A DNA stretch of 64,000 bases, taken from the NCBI GenBank assembly GCA_024408505.1, contig JAKSUZ010000006.1, forward strand, positions 2,073 to 66,072, read 5' to 3'. Positions 10,429 to 19,546 of this stretch are shown here, one piece after another. Within the stretch, counting starts at the first letter, position 1. Every line of letters begins with the position of its first letter. Both the position numbers and the translations under genes were made by a program. The notes under the pieces were generated by a model. It saw only the letters and a program-made list of their open reading frames with translations. It was not told the origin of the DNA and searched no databases. The stretch comes from Bacilli bacterium (GTDB taxonomy: Bacteria; Bacillota_I; Bacilli_A; RFN20; CAG-826).

Positions 10429-10458
10429 TTAGCCTCTTTTTGTTAAGTAACTAATAAG
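10429..10458 (+). repeat. 30-bp direct repeat, copy 1
   Basis: TTAGCCTCTTTTTGTTAAGTAACTAATAAG, exact copy at 10808-10837. Confidence 0.95.
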
Positions 10459-10494
10459 CCTATTACGGTTATTTTTAAGTGGAGGTAGATAATT

Positions 10495-10764
10495 ATGAAA
10501 AGAGACTTAAAAAGTATGGTGGAATTAAAAGAATTTCTAAAAAATCCCTCACCGAATTTAAAAGTTCCGGTGTATACTGAAAACGAAGATGGAGCTAAAC
10601 CAGTGAAAAATACAAAAGATAGAGTCACATTGAAGCAAGTCGTTGATATGATCCAAAAAATGGATGATAAAATGGATGCTGGTTTTAAACAAGTAAATGC
10701 CCGTCTTGATTACATCGTAGGCGTAAATAATCTAAAAGATCTTCCAAAAACAAAAAGTAAGTAA
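10495..10764 (+). CDS. Small hypothetical protein with short C-terminal coiled coil
   Basis: GGAGGT ribosome-binding site upstream of ATG; 89 aa; heptad-like QKMDDKMDAGFKQVNARLDYIV. Confidence 0.75.
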   Translation: MKRDLKSMVELKEFLKNPSPNLKVPVYTENEDGAKPVKNTKDRVTLKQVVDMIQKMDDKMDAGFKQVNARLDYIVGVNNLKDLPKTKSK

Positions 10765-10807
10765 ATTCTATATTTACTTTGTAAATATAAAAAAATAAGT
10801 GAGGAAA

Positions 10808-10837
10808 TTAGCCTCTTTTTGTTAAGTAACTAATAAG
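10808..10837 (+). repeat. 30-bp direct repeat, copy 2
   Basis: Exact copy of 10429-10458; here it overlaps a weak GAGG/CCTC hairpin with T-tract. Confidence 0.95.
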
Positions 10838-10917
10838 GAGGATATTGTGCATATGCACTTTATCTTTCCTAGGCGCCTACCCTTTATCTCCTTGGTGCTG
10901 CAACAAAGGAGGAGAGC

Positions 10918-10983
10918 GTGCTCGATACCATTTTGCTGATGGTAGTATTGACGTTACTGATTGAGTTAATCTCGCGAAGGTAA
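10918..10983 (+). CDS. Putative type I toxin, 21-aa hydrophobic peptide MLDTILLMVVLTLLIELISRR
   Basis: AAAGGAGG SD 5 nt before GTG; single hydrophobic helix with basic C-terminus; TAA TGA stops; anti-SD TCTCCTT upstream. Too short for the ORF track. Confidence 0.7.
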   Translation: MLDTILLMVVLTLLIELISRR

Positions 10984-10985
10984 TG

Positions 10986-11021
10986 AAAAAAGGGCGGTCA
11001 TCCCGTCCTCAACATTAAGCG
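10986..11021 (-). ncRNA. Putative antisense antitoxin sRNA (minimum extent; may read through over the toxin ORF)
   Basis: Lies downstream of a near-consensus minus-strand promoter; minus-strand hairpin AGGACGG-GATGA-CCGCCCT followed by a T-run. Boundaries inferred. Confidence 0.45.
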
Positions 11022-11026
11022 AAATA

Positions 11027-11055
11027 ATGATAGCACCTCGTAGGAGTCTTGTAAA
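11027..11055 (-). promoter_or_regulatory. Sigma-A-type promoter, antisense to the small ORF
   Basis: Minus strand reads TTTACA-17 nt-TATCAT with extended -10 TG (TGcTATCAT). Confidence 0.65.
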
Positions 11056-11069
11056 GGGGCGAGTGCCGA

Positions 11070-11090
11070 CCCGGATCCTTTGGGTCCGGG
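11070..11090 (+). terminator. GC-rich hairpin closing the putative toxin mRNA
   Basis: CCCGGATCC-TTT-GGGTCCGGG, 9-bp stem with one G-U; poor U-tract, so it may be a stabilising hairpin. Confidence 0.5.
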
Positions 11091-11103
11091 GTTAAATATT
11101 AGT

Positions 11104-13161
11104 ATGTATAAATTAGTAAATGTAAGTAAATCGTATGGTAAGGGAATTAATTCAATTAACGTTTTAAAAAGCGTTTGCCTTACTTTTCCACAAGTAGGCT
11201 TGGTGTCAATTTTAGGCAAGTCAGGAAGTGGAAAATCTACACTTTTAAATATCATCGCTGGATTAGATAAACCAACCAATGGGAAAATCTACTTTTCTAA
11301 CAAGGATTTGAATGGACTAAGCAAGAAAGAAAAGAAGATTTATCAAAATCAAATTATTGGTGTATTGTTTCAGCACTTTAATTTATTTAATGATTTAAGC
11401 TGTCTTGAAAATGTAATGCTCCCAAGTTTAATTAACGGAGTTAATAGAGAGGATAGTAAAGTAAGAGCCACTAATCTATTTAAACAATATCATCTTGAAC
11501 ATTTAATGAATCAACGGTATGAAACTCTATCTGGAGGCGAAAAACAAAGAGTAGCGTTATTAAGAGCGTTAATAAATAGACCAAGAATTATTATCGCAGA
11601 TGAACCTACTGGCGCGCTAGATAGTCAAAATAGTGTTTTTATTATGAAAGAATTAAAAACTCTAGCAAAGGATCACCTAGTTATCGTTGTTACACACAAC
11701 GAAGCACTAATTAAAGATTATGAAGATTATCGAATAAATATTGTTGATGGTAAGACCAGTGAATTTAAAGCCGTTTTTAACGAAAGATATGAAGTAAAGC
11801 ATAGCGGTAAAATAAAATTCAGTGCGGTTACTCGTTTTATTAAATTGCATCTATTTAAACATAAAGTAAGAAATATTATTGCAGCAAGCTCAATTATGTT
11901 CTCTTCACTTTGTTTGTTAGTGTCTTTAGGTTACATCAATGGTGCAAAGACATCAGTTGATAATTATAAAAAACAATCGCTTTTATACACTTATGCGACG
12001 GTTGCAAAGAAAACAAAAATAGAAGTCCCTGATTCACCGATTATTATTTCAAAACTAACAAGGCCTTCGTTAGAAGAAATTAGTTTTTTAGTTGACAATA
12101 TTTCATCTTTAATAGTTGCGAATAACTATCAAATTGTTTTTCCCTCTGTGCCATCATTTAATTTTGATAATAAAAATATTAGTGACATTGAATTTTCACC
12201 AGTTTATGATTTTTCATTATTTCAAAATTTATTTACTAGCGGGGTGTTACCACAGCAAGATAATTTTCTTGAGGTTGTGGTAAATGAAGAATTCGCGCAT
12301 CACTTCGGTTACTCAAATCAAGAAATAATTAACCATGTATTTAATCTTGATTCCTTAAGCGACATAAATAGTAAAAGTCCTTTAGGAAAAATCATTAAAG
12401 ATGAAATTTATTTTAATCAAAAAGTAAAAATTACTGGTGTAGTAAAAGAATTTGCTTATTTAAATATGCCCCGCGTATATTATCCATATTTAGGTCTTAA
12501 AAAAATATTAAGCAATTTCATTTTGCTAAATTATTCAAAAGAAGTAGGATATAACGTTTCAATTGAGGAAATGATTAGTGACGCTAGTGAAGAAGATGCA
12601 AATAGTAGCTATTGCTATAGTTTATTTGTTAATGATCTTAACGAAGTTAATCAACTCTATGATTTTAAAAAAGAATATGATCAATTAGGAACTTTTGATA
12701 TCGCTTCAACTAGTTATACTATCTCTTCGTCCTATCAAGAGATGACTGACATTATTTCAACCTCATTAATTGCGTTTGTGATTATTGCTATTGTTGGAGC
12801 GATTTTTATTATTGTTATTACCGCGTATTCTAACTTCACACAGAATAAAAAAGAGAGCGCTATTTTATCAGTTCTTGGAACTAATAAATTAGCTATCTTC
12901 AATATCTTCAATATTGAGAATCTAATTGTGGCTGCAGTTGGTATTTTTTCTTCTTTCTTATTATCAATGCCGATTACACTAATCATTAACTCGATCATCG
13001 AGAAATCATTTCATCTAAGTAATTTGATTGCCGTCCCACTTTTATCATATGTTCCATTTGTGATTTTGATTGTTGCGTTTGTTTTATCAATATTAGCGAC
13101 TGCCATCCCGTTTTTATTTTACGAGAACGGTTTTATTGTTGAGGAGCTTAAAGACGAATGA
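11104..13161 (+). CDS. MacB/FtsX-type ABC transporter, fused ATPase-permease
   Basis: Walker A GKSGSGKS, LSGGEKQR, ADEPTGALD, C-terminal FtsX-like TM segments. ATG 11104 (MYKLVNVSKSY) preferred over TTG 11080, which lies in the hairpin. Confidence 0.92.
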   Translation: MYKLVNVSKSYGKGINSINVLKSVCLTFPQVGLVSILGKSGSGKSTLLNIIAGLDKPTNGKIYFSNKDLNGLSKKEKKIYQNQIIGVLFQHFNLFNDLSCLENVMLPSLINGVNREDSKVRATNLFKQYHLEHLMNQRYETLSGGEKQRVALLRALINRPRIIIADEPTGALDSQNSVFIMKELKTLAKDHLVIVVTHNEALIKDYEDYRINIVDGKTSEFKAVFNERYEVKHSGKIKFSAVTRFIKLHLFKHKVRNIIAASSIMFSSLCLLVSLGYINGAKTSVDNYKKQSLLYTYATVAKKTKIEVPDSPIIISKLTRPSLEEISFLVDNISSLIVANNYQIVFPSVPSFNFDNKNISDIEFSPVYDFSLFQNLFTSGVLPQQDNFLEVVVNEEFAHHFGYSNQEIINHVFNLDSLSDINSKSPLGKIIKDEIYFNQKVKITGVVKEFAYLNMPRVYYPYLGLKKILSNFILLNYSKEVGYNVSIEEMISDASEEDANSSYCYSLFVNDLNEVNQLYDFKKEYDQLGTFDIASTSYTISSSYQEMTDIISTSLIAFVIIAIVGAIFIIVITAYSNFTQNKKESAILSVLGTNKLAIFNIFNIENLIVAAVGIFSSFLLSMPITLIINSIIEKSFHLSNLIAVPLLSYVPFVILIVAFVLSILATAIPFLFYENGFIVEELKDE

Positions 13162-15917
13162 TTGTTCTAAAAAATATTAATAAACGATATAAGGAAAATG
13201 TAATCAGCAATTTTTCTTATTCTTTTCCTAATATTGGTTTAATCGCAATTTTAGGTGATAGTGGATCAGGTAAATCAACTTTGTTAAACATTATTAGCGG
13301 GGTTGATAGTGACTACACAGGCAATTTACGAATTGATGATATCAATATCAAATTACTTAATGAAATTGAAAATTCCACCTTCCGTTTGAATAACATTGGA
13401 TATGTATTCCAAGATTTTCGTTTACTAAATTTATTGAGTGTTTTTGACAATGTAATTTTTAATTTAGATGCGGCTTCATCTTTATCAAAAGATGCGAAGA
13501 ATAAGTTAGTAGATGATGCACTTAAATTTGTTGGTTTAGAAAAGAAAAAGAAAGTAGCGGTAAATAAATTATCCGGTGGTGAAAAACAGAGAGTTGCCAT
13601 CGCGCGTGCGATTGTGGGATCACCTAAATATTTATTATGTGACGAACCAACCGGAAACTTAGATGATAAAAATGCATTAGCGGTTTTTTCATTAATTAAA
13701 GAATATAGTAAAAATCATTTGGTAATACTTGTTTCGCACGATCAAGAAAAGACCATTCAATTCGCAGACGAAATTATTTATTTGAAAGATGGCAAAATTA
13801 ACCATATTGATAAACTTAATGAAATTAAACTAGGTGAGACTCCACAAATAAAAATTAATAAGAAAAGTAATATTTCATTATCTTGGGGATTGCGTTTTAG
13901 GTCAGGCAAGAAAAAAATCCAAGAAAAGAAATTTCGCTCTATTTTTACTAATTTAATTTCTTCGATTTCGCTTTTAGCGTTAGGGATTGGCGTTATTGTT
14001 ACAACTTCTTTACGAAATCAAATTATTTCATCCTTTGCGAATCTAATTAATCCAAATCAAATTATTGTCACGAAGAAAAGCAATAATCCGAACCCGTACA
14101 CTAGTTATATCTCGACTGATGAAACAGTAGTGAAGAAAATTGCAGATGAATATAGCGATTATATGTATGGAATGGGTGTTACTTACTTAAATAATTTTTC
14201 TCAGCATTTTCCTGATCGCGACCAAGTCTATATTGAGTTAAATGGAAGAAAAATTGTTCTACCTTCCTATCATTCAGCGAAATTTAATTCTTATGTATGG
14301 CAAGAAGAATGTACATCAGATGTCTTTTTTCCGACTCTAAAAGATAAACTTGAAATTAACGAAGTTGTGTTGGGTTTAACTTATAGCGATATGCGTAATT
14401 TATGTCGTCAATTAGGTTTAGCGGATGAAACCTATCAAATTCTTGGTAGTTATTTAGCGACACATAGTGTCCCACTCTATTTAGGCATTGATAATATGAG
14501 TTGGGAATATGAAAACGATATTGAATTTACTTTAAAAAGTGTATACCCATCTTCTGAACCGGAAATTTATCACACTGATAGCTTCTTTAATCAGCACGTT
14601 TTTGAAATTGAAGCACAAATGCCTACTACTTTAGATATTATGAGCGAACCAGAAAAGCCGTGGACACTTAAAAAGGTTTTTACTTTGCATCTAGCGGAGA
14701 CACCATCATATTTTGTCGAGAGCTTGCAATATGATAAAAAATACGATGATATTTTAATTGAAAGCGCACAAAACTTTTTAGAAGATTCGTGCATTGCCAC
14801 CGATACCTGTCCAAGCAATATCGTCTTTGTATTTACATTGGATAAAAATGCAGTTGATGTATCTGACATTATTACCTTTAAGAAAATAACTCCTAGAGTT
14901 AAAAGCTTTTATTTATCCACTATTAGTGGTTATCAAATGCACTCCTCAGGAATGATAATGGGATTTAGCAATAACATCGCCTTTTCTTTTGATGAGGATA
15001 AAGCGTTAGCGGTAGGTGATTATTTTTCAAAGCAAATCGAAGGTGATATGCAAAATTTTCCTGGCACCGCAATTGGAGGCATTACTCGCTTTAATCAAAA
15101 TCCAGTTTTATTTTCAAGCGATTTAGATCAAATCAGTGAAGGCGATTTGCCAAATAACTATAACGAAATTGTTATTTCAACCGGATTAGCGAAATACTTA
15201 GGAATTGAGAAACCACTATATGAAAATCTCTATTATTCAATTTATTCATCGACTTTAGAAGAAGTGATTCTTAATAAATTTAAAGTAGTTGGAATCGTTG
15301 AAGAAGAAAAGAACTATATTTATCATTATCCGTTATTTTCTATATCTTTCTTCCGAGATAAATTAGGAGTCTCTTCATTTAACTTAGTGCCGACAAGCAT
15401 GGTAATTAATCTATTAGAAGACACAAACATTGATTTATTGATGGCTGATCTCTCTTCTTCGTTTAAAGAATATAATTTTGCTTGTCCGCTTGAAGAAATT
15501 GGAGCTACCGTTGATGAAACAATGAACTATGTTACCAGTATTGCAATCATCTTTTCGTGTATTGCTTTAATTATTACAATTTTGTTATTAGCATTAATTA
15601 GTTATCTCAATACAATTGAAAGCAAAGGCGAAATTAATCTATTGAAACACTTAGGACATAATCATAAATCAATTAATGAATATATTGTTTCTCATTCACT
15701 AGTAATGAGCATCATTACAACTAGTATAGCAGTAGTCGAATTAATTATTTTCCAAATCTTTTTATCTTTCTTTTTAGGGAGTTTCTTTGGTACAACCATT
15801 TCTTTAACAATCAATGTATTACCGTTTTTCATTGTTATTATAGTGGGGATGTTATTACCAACCATTATTAGTTATTTAGTTAGCAATTTTACCTTAAGAA
15901 AAATGATGAAAAATTAA
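13158..15917 (+). CDS. MacB/FtsX-type ABC transporter, fused ATPase-permease
   Basis: GDSGSGKS, LSGGEKQR, CDEPTGNLD, large extracellular loop, C-terminal TMs; ATGA overlap with previous gene. Confidence 0.92.
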   Translation: MIVLKNINKRYKENVISNFSYSFPNIGLIAILGDSGSGKSTLLNIISGVDSDYTGNLRIDDINIKLLNEIENSTFRLNNIGYVFQDFRLLNLLSVFDNVIFNLDAASSLSKDAKNKLVDDALKFVGLEKKKKVAVNKLSGGEKQRVAIARAIVGSPKYLLCDEPTGNLDDKNALAVFSLIKEYSKNHLVILVSHDQEKTIQFADEIIYLKDGKINHIDKLNEIKLGETPQIKINKKSNISLSWGLRFRSGKKKIQEKKFRSIFTNLISSISLLALGIGVIVTTSLRNQIISSFANLINPNQIIVTKKSNNPNPYTSYISTDETVVKKIADEYSDYMYGMGVTYLNNFSQHFPDRDQVYIELNGRKIVLPSYHSAKFNSYVWQEECTSDVFFPTLKDKLEINEVVLGLTYSDMRNLCRQLGLADETYQILGSYLATHSVPLYLGIDNMSWEYENDIEFTLKSVYPSSEPEIYHTDSFFNQHVFEIEAQMPTTLDIMSEPEKPWTLKKVFTLHLAETPSYFVESLQYDKKYDDILIESAQNFLEDSCIATDTCPSNIVFVFTLDKNAVDVSDIITFKKITPRVKSFYLSTISGYQMHSSGMIMGFSNNIAFSFDEDKALAVGDYFSKQIEGDMQNFPGTAIGGITRFNQNPVLFSSDLDQISEGDLPNNYNEIVISTGLAKYLGIEKPLYENLYYSIYSSTLEEVILNKFKVVGIVEEEKNYIYHYPLFSISFFRDKLGVSSFNLVPTSMVINLLEDTNIDLLMADLSSSFKEYNFACPLEEIGATVDETMNYVTSIAIIFSCIALIITILLLALISYLNTIESKGEINLLKHLGHNHKSINEYIVSHSLVMSIITTSIAVVELIIFQIFLSFFLGSFFGTTISLTINVLPFFIVIIVGMLLPTIISYLVSNFTLRKMMKN

Positions 15918-15962
15918 GATTATCTTTTATAAAAAATAATTATTGTTATAATAATTATTGCT

Positions 15963-17069
15963 ATGGCATTAAAAGCTGGAATTGTCGGTTTACCAAATGT
16001 AGGGAAGTCTACCCTTTTTAATGCTATTACAAATAGTCATGTTGAAGCCGCTAATTATCCATTTGCTACGATTAATCCGAATACCGGTGTAGTCATGGTT
16101 CCTGATCATCGTCTTGACGTTTTAGTAAAAGCCTTTAAACCAAAGAAAACTATTTATGCTACATTTGAATTCTACGATATCGCTGGATTAGTTAAAGGTG
16201 CAAGTAAGGGCGAAGGATTAGGCAATCAGTTCTTAGCGCATATCCGTGAATGTGATGCAATTGTGGAAGTGGTCCGTTGCTTTGAAAACGCGGATATTAT
16301 TCATGTTGATGGAACCGTTAATCCTAAACGCGATATTGAAACTATTAATCTTGAATTAGCCTTAGCGGACTTAGATACCGTTAATAAACGTTTAAGTAAA
16401 GTTGAAACTAAAGCGCGTATTCAAAAAGATAAAGAATCAATCGCGGAATTCAATGCTTTAAAGAAAGTTGTTGAACCTTTAAGCCAAGGTCAATCAATTC
16501 GCCAAATTGAATTCACTGAAGACGAATTTAATTATTTATTTAAAGAATTACACCTACTTTCTCTTAAGCCGATTATCTATGTCGCGAATGTTAGCGAAGA
16601 AGATTATGCGAATTTAGAAAACGCTAAGCATTTAAAGGCAGTCCAAGAAATTGCAAGTAAAGAAAAAGCAGAAGTAATTCCGGTTTCTTGCGAAATTGAA
16701 TATCAGATTTCAACCCTTCCAGTTAATGAAAGAGGAGAATTCTTATCATCGCTTCATCAGACTGAATCAGGTTTAGATAAATTAGTAAAAGCTTCCTATA
16801 AGTTACTTAATCTATCAACTTTCTTTACAGTCGGAGAAGATGAGTGTCGTGCTTGGACGTTTAAAAATGGAATGCTTGCGCCTGATTGCGCTGGTATTAT
16901 TCATACTGATTTTAAGCGTGGCTTTATTAAAGCCGAAGTTTATTCATATAGTGACTTTGAAAAATATGGTAGTGAACAAGCCATTAAAGAAAATGGCAAA
17001 CTACGAATTGAAGGAAAGGAGTATGCTTTTAAAGATGGCGACATCGTCTTCTTTAAATTCAATGTGTAA
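15963..17069 (+). CDS. ychF: Redox-regulated ATPase YchF
   Basis: GIVGLPNVGKSTLFN, ANYPFATI, DIAGLVKGASKGEGLGNQFL, TGS C-terminus. Confidence 0.97.
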   Translation: MALKAGIVGLPNVGKSTLFNAITNSHVEAANYPFATINPNTGVVMVPDHRLDVLVKAFKPKKTIYATFEFYDIAGLVKGASKGEGLGNQFLAHIRECDAIVEVVRCFENADIIHVDGTVNPKRDIETINLELALADLDTVNKRLSKVETKARIQKDKESIAEFNALKKVVEPLSQGQSIRQIEFTEDEFNYLFKELHLLSLKPIIYVANVSEEDYANLENAKHLKAVQEIASKEKAEVIPVSCEIEYQISTLPVNERGEFLSSLHQTESGLDKLVKASYKLLNLSTFFTVGEDECRAWTFKNGMLAPDCAGIIHTDFKRGFIKAEVYSYSDFEKYGSEQAIKENGKLRIEGKEYAFKDGDIVFFKFNV

Positions 17070-17071
17070 TT

Positions 17072-17545
17072 ATGTATCGAATTGGCTTTAGCAAAGATAT
17101 TCATAAATTAGTTAAAGGTCGTAAGCTTATGCTTGCAGGTATTCATATTCCTTTTAATAAAGGTGAACTTGCGCATAGTGATGGTGATGTAATTATGCAT
17201 GCAGTAGCAGAAGCGATGTTAGGCGCTACTACTTTAGGAGATCTCGGAACTTTCTATCCAACGAATGATAGAAAATATAAAGATATCGCTAGCAAAGAAA
17301 TTTTAATTGATACTAATAAACGGATTCATAAATTAAAATATCAAATTGAAAACGTTGATGTTAGTGTCGAACTTGATAAACCAAAGCTTGCTCCTTATAT
17401 TAGTAAGATGAGAAATAATTTGGCAAAGATTTTAAAAGTTAAATTAGATCAAATAAGCATTAAAGCAAATACTAATGAAGGATTATGTGTGACCGGTAAA
17501 GGAGAAGCAGTTATCGCTTATGCGATTGTCTTGTTAAAAAAGTAA
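17072..17545 (+). CDS. ispF: 2-C-methyl-D-erythritol 2,4-cyclodiphosphate synthase
   Basis: RIGxxxDIH, HSDGDVxxHA, LGDLG, ISIKA motifs. Confidence 0.93.
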   Translation: MYRIGFSKDIHKLVKGRKLMLAGIHIPFNKGELAHSDGDVIMHAVAEAMLGATTLGDLGTFYPTNDRKYKDIASKEILIDTNKRIHKLKYQIENVDVSVELDKPKLAPYISKMRNNLAKILKVKLDQISIKANTNEGLCVTGKGEAVIAYAIVLLKK

Positions 17546-17546
17546 T

Positions 17547-19169
17547 ATGGCTATTGAATTAACATTAAAAGAAGAAATTAGTAAAGCACTTAAAAAATTA
17601 GGTGTTACTTTTGAAACTAGTAATATTACGATTGATCATTCGAAAGACCCAAGTCATGGTGACTACGCTTCTAATATTGCTTTTAAAGTAAATAAAGATT
17701 TAGGACCAACTCCGATCGATACCGCAAATAAAATTATTGATGCGTTAGACAAAAAACTATTTACGAAAGTTGAAGTCGCTAAGCCTGGTTTCATTAATTT
17801 CTTTTTAAAGAATGATTTAGTGACATCGGTTATTGAAGAAATTGTAAAACTTGATAAAAAATATGGTCAAGGCGAAAAGAAAAAAGAAAAAATTAATATT
17901 GAATTTGTGAGTGCAAATCCAACCGGTAATCTTCATGTTGGTCATGCTCGTTGCGCTGCTTATGGCGATTCACTTGCTCGAATTATGGAGTTCGCAGGAT
18001 ATCAAGTTACTCGTGAATATTATATTAATGATGCTGGTAATCAAATCGCTAATCTTGGAGAGTCGCTATATCAAAGATACATAGAATTATTTGGTAAAGT
18101 AGCTAAGATTCCTGAAGATGGTTATATGGGCGAGGACGTGAAGAACATCGCAAAATTATTTAAAGATAAATATGGTGATTCTTTACTAGAACATACAAAA
18201 GAAAATGTTGAGAAGATGACTAATGAAGGCAAAGCCTTAGAACTTGAAAATATCAAAAAAGACCTTGAATTATTTAGAGTTAAATTTGATGTGTATAGTT
18301 CAGAAACCGCAATTAGAAATAGCGGTGCAATCGAAAAGGCCTTAAAAGAATTAGAACCACATATTTATGTTGATGGTGGCGCTAAGATTCTTAAGACTAG
18401 CGAATATCTTGATGATAAAGATCGCCCAATTGTTAAAAGCAACGGCGACTATACTTATTTCTTACCTGACATTGCATATCACTATAATAAATTAAGTCGT
18501 GGATTTGATTATTTAATTGATGTTTTAGGCGCTGATCACCACGGTTATGTAAATAGAATGAAGAGCGCATTAATGATGAAAGGATATAAAAAAGAAACAT
18601 TGGAAGTCCCATTAATTCAGGTTGTACGTTTAATGGATAAAGGTGTCGAAGTTAAAATGAGTAAGCGGACTGGTAACGCAATTACATTAAGAGAACTTTG
18701 TGAAGAAGTTGGCGTTGATGCAGTTAGATATTTCTTTGTAGCTAGAAGTAATACTTCTCACCTTGATTTTGATTATGCATTAGCCAAATCAAAGACTAAC
18801 GATAATCCGGTTTATTATGCGATGTATGCTCATGCTCGTTTACACAATGTTCTTGAGCTCGCAAAGGGTATGAAAATTGATTATTCAGGAAAGCTTTTAA
18901 AAGAAAAAGCCGAGCTTGATATTTTAAAGATCTTGCAGGAATTCCCGCATGTTGTTCAAACAGTCGCAAAAAGTCACGAAGTCCATAAAATGGCGATTTT
19001 TATACATTCACTAGCAACTTTGGTTCATTCATTCTATAATGAATGTCGCATAGTAAATAAAGAAAATATTGAATTAACCGCTAATCGATTAGGATTAGTT
19101 GAAGCAAGCAAGGTTGTCTTGTATAATGCTTTAGGTTTAATTGGAGTAAATGCTCCAGATAAAATGTAA
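17547..19169 (+). CDS. argS: Arginine--tRNA ligase
   Basis: EFVSANPTGNLHVGHAR, KMSKRTG, NPVYYAMYAHAR. Confidence 0.97.
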   Translation: MAIELTLKEEISKALKKLGVTFETSNITIDHSKDPSHGDYASNIAFKVNKDLGPTPIDTANKIIDALDKKLFTKVEVAKPGFINFFLKNDLVTSVIEEIVKLDKKYGQGEKKKEKINIEFVSANPTGNLHVGHARCAAYGDSLARIMEFAGYQVTREYYINDAGNQIANLGESLYQRYIELFGKVAKIPEDGYMGEDVKNIAKLFKDKYGDSLLEHTKENVEKMTNEGKALELENIKKDLELFRVKFDVYSSETAIRNSGAIEKALKELEPHIYVDGGAKILKTSEYLDDKDRPIVKSNGDYTYFLPDIAYHYNKLSRGFDYLIDVLGADHHGYVNRMKSALMMKGYKKETLEVPLIQVVRLMDKGVEVKMSKRTGNAITLRELCEEVGVDAVRYFFVARSNTSHLDFDYALAKSKTNDNPVYYAMYAHARLHNVLELAKGMKIDYSGKLLKEKAELDILKILQEFPHVVQTVAKSHEVHKMAIFIHSLATLVHSFYNECRIVNKENIELTANRLGLVEASKVVLYNALGLIGVNAPDKM

Positions 19170-19179
19170 GGAGAAAAGT

Positions 19180-19524
19180 ATGGCAAAAAAAGCAATGATT
19201 GAATACGCATACGAAGTGATGCAAGAAAAGAAAAGTATTAGTTTTTCTACTCTTTGGGCAACGGTTAGCAAGAAAGCTGAACTTACCGATGCTGAGAAAG
19301 AAAAAGCTTTGCCAAATTTTTATACACAATTATCGTTAGATGGTCGCTTTGTAGCGCTTGGCAATAACAAATGGAGTCTTCGTGATCGCTTACCTTATGA
19401 GAAGGTTCATGTTGATTTAAGTGATTTCTATAATGACTTAGAAGAAGAGACCGAAGGCGATGACGATGAAGAGAACGAAACTAAAAAAGAAGAAGCTCCC
19501 GCTGAAGAAGGGGCTAATTTATAA
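19180..19524 (+). CDS. rpoE: RNA polymerase delta subunit
   Basis: FYTQLSLDGRFVALGNNKWSLR plus acidic tail; AAGGAG SD before ATG 19180. Confidence 0.92.
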   Translation: MAKKAMIEYAYEVMQEKKSISFSTLWATVSKKAELTDAEKEKALPNFYTQLSLDGRFVALGNNKWSLRDRLPYEKVHVDLSDFYNDLEEETEGDDDEENETKKEEAPAEEGANL

Positions 19525-19546
19525 CTTATATTAAGGAGGATTAAAT

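Noticed and set aside
10429-10837. CRISPR array or IS element
   Set aside because: Only two repeat copies 379 bp apart; no cas or transposase gene and no terminal inverted repeats.
10872-11067. 6S RNA, SRP RNA or riboswitch reading of the ~195-nt end-paired structure
   Set aside because: Length fits 6S, but I found no continuous inner rod or SRP/RNase P/tmRNA motifs, and the SD-ORF plus antisense promoter explain it better. Not excluded without an Rfam scan.
10998-11279. 93-aa minus-strand ORF
   Set aside because: Typical antisense translation of an ABC ATPase Walker A region.
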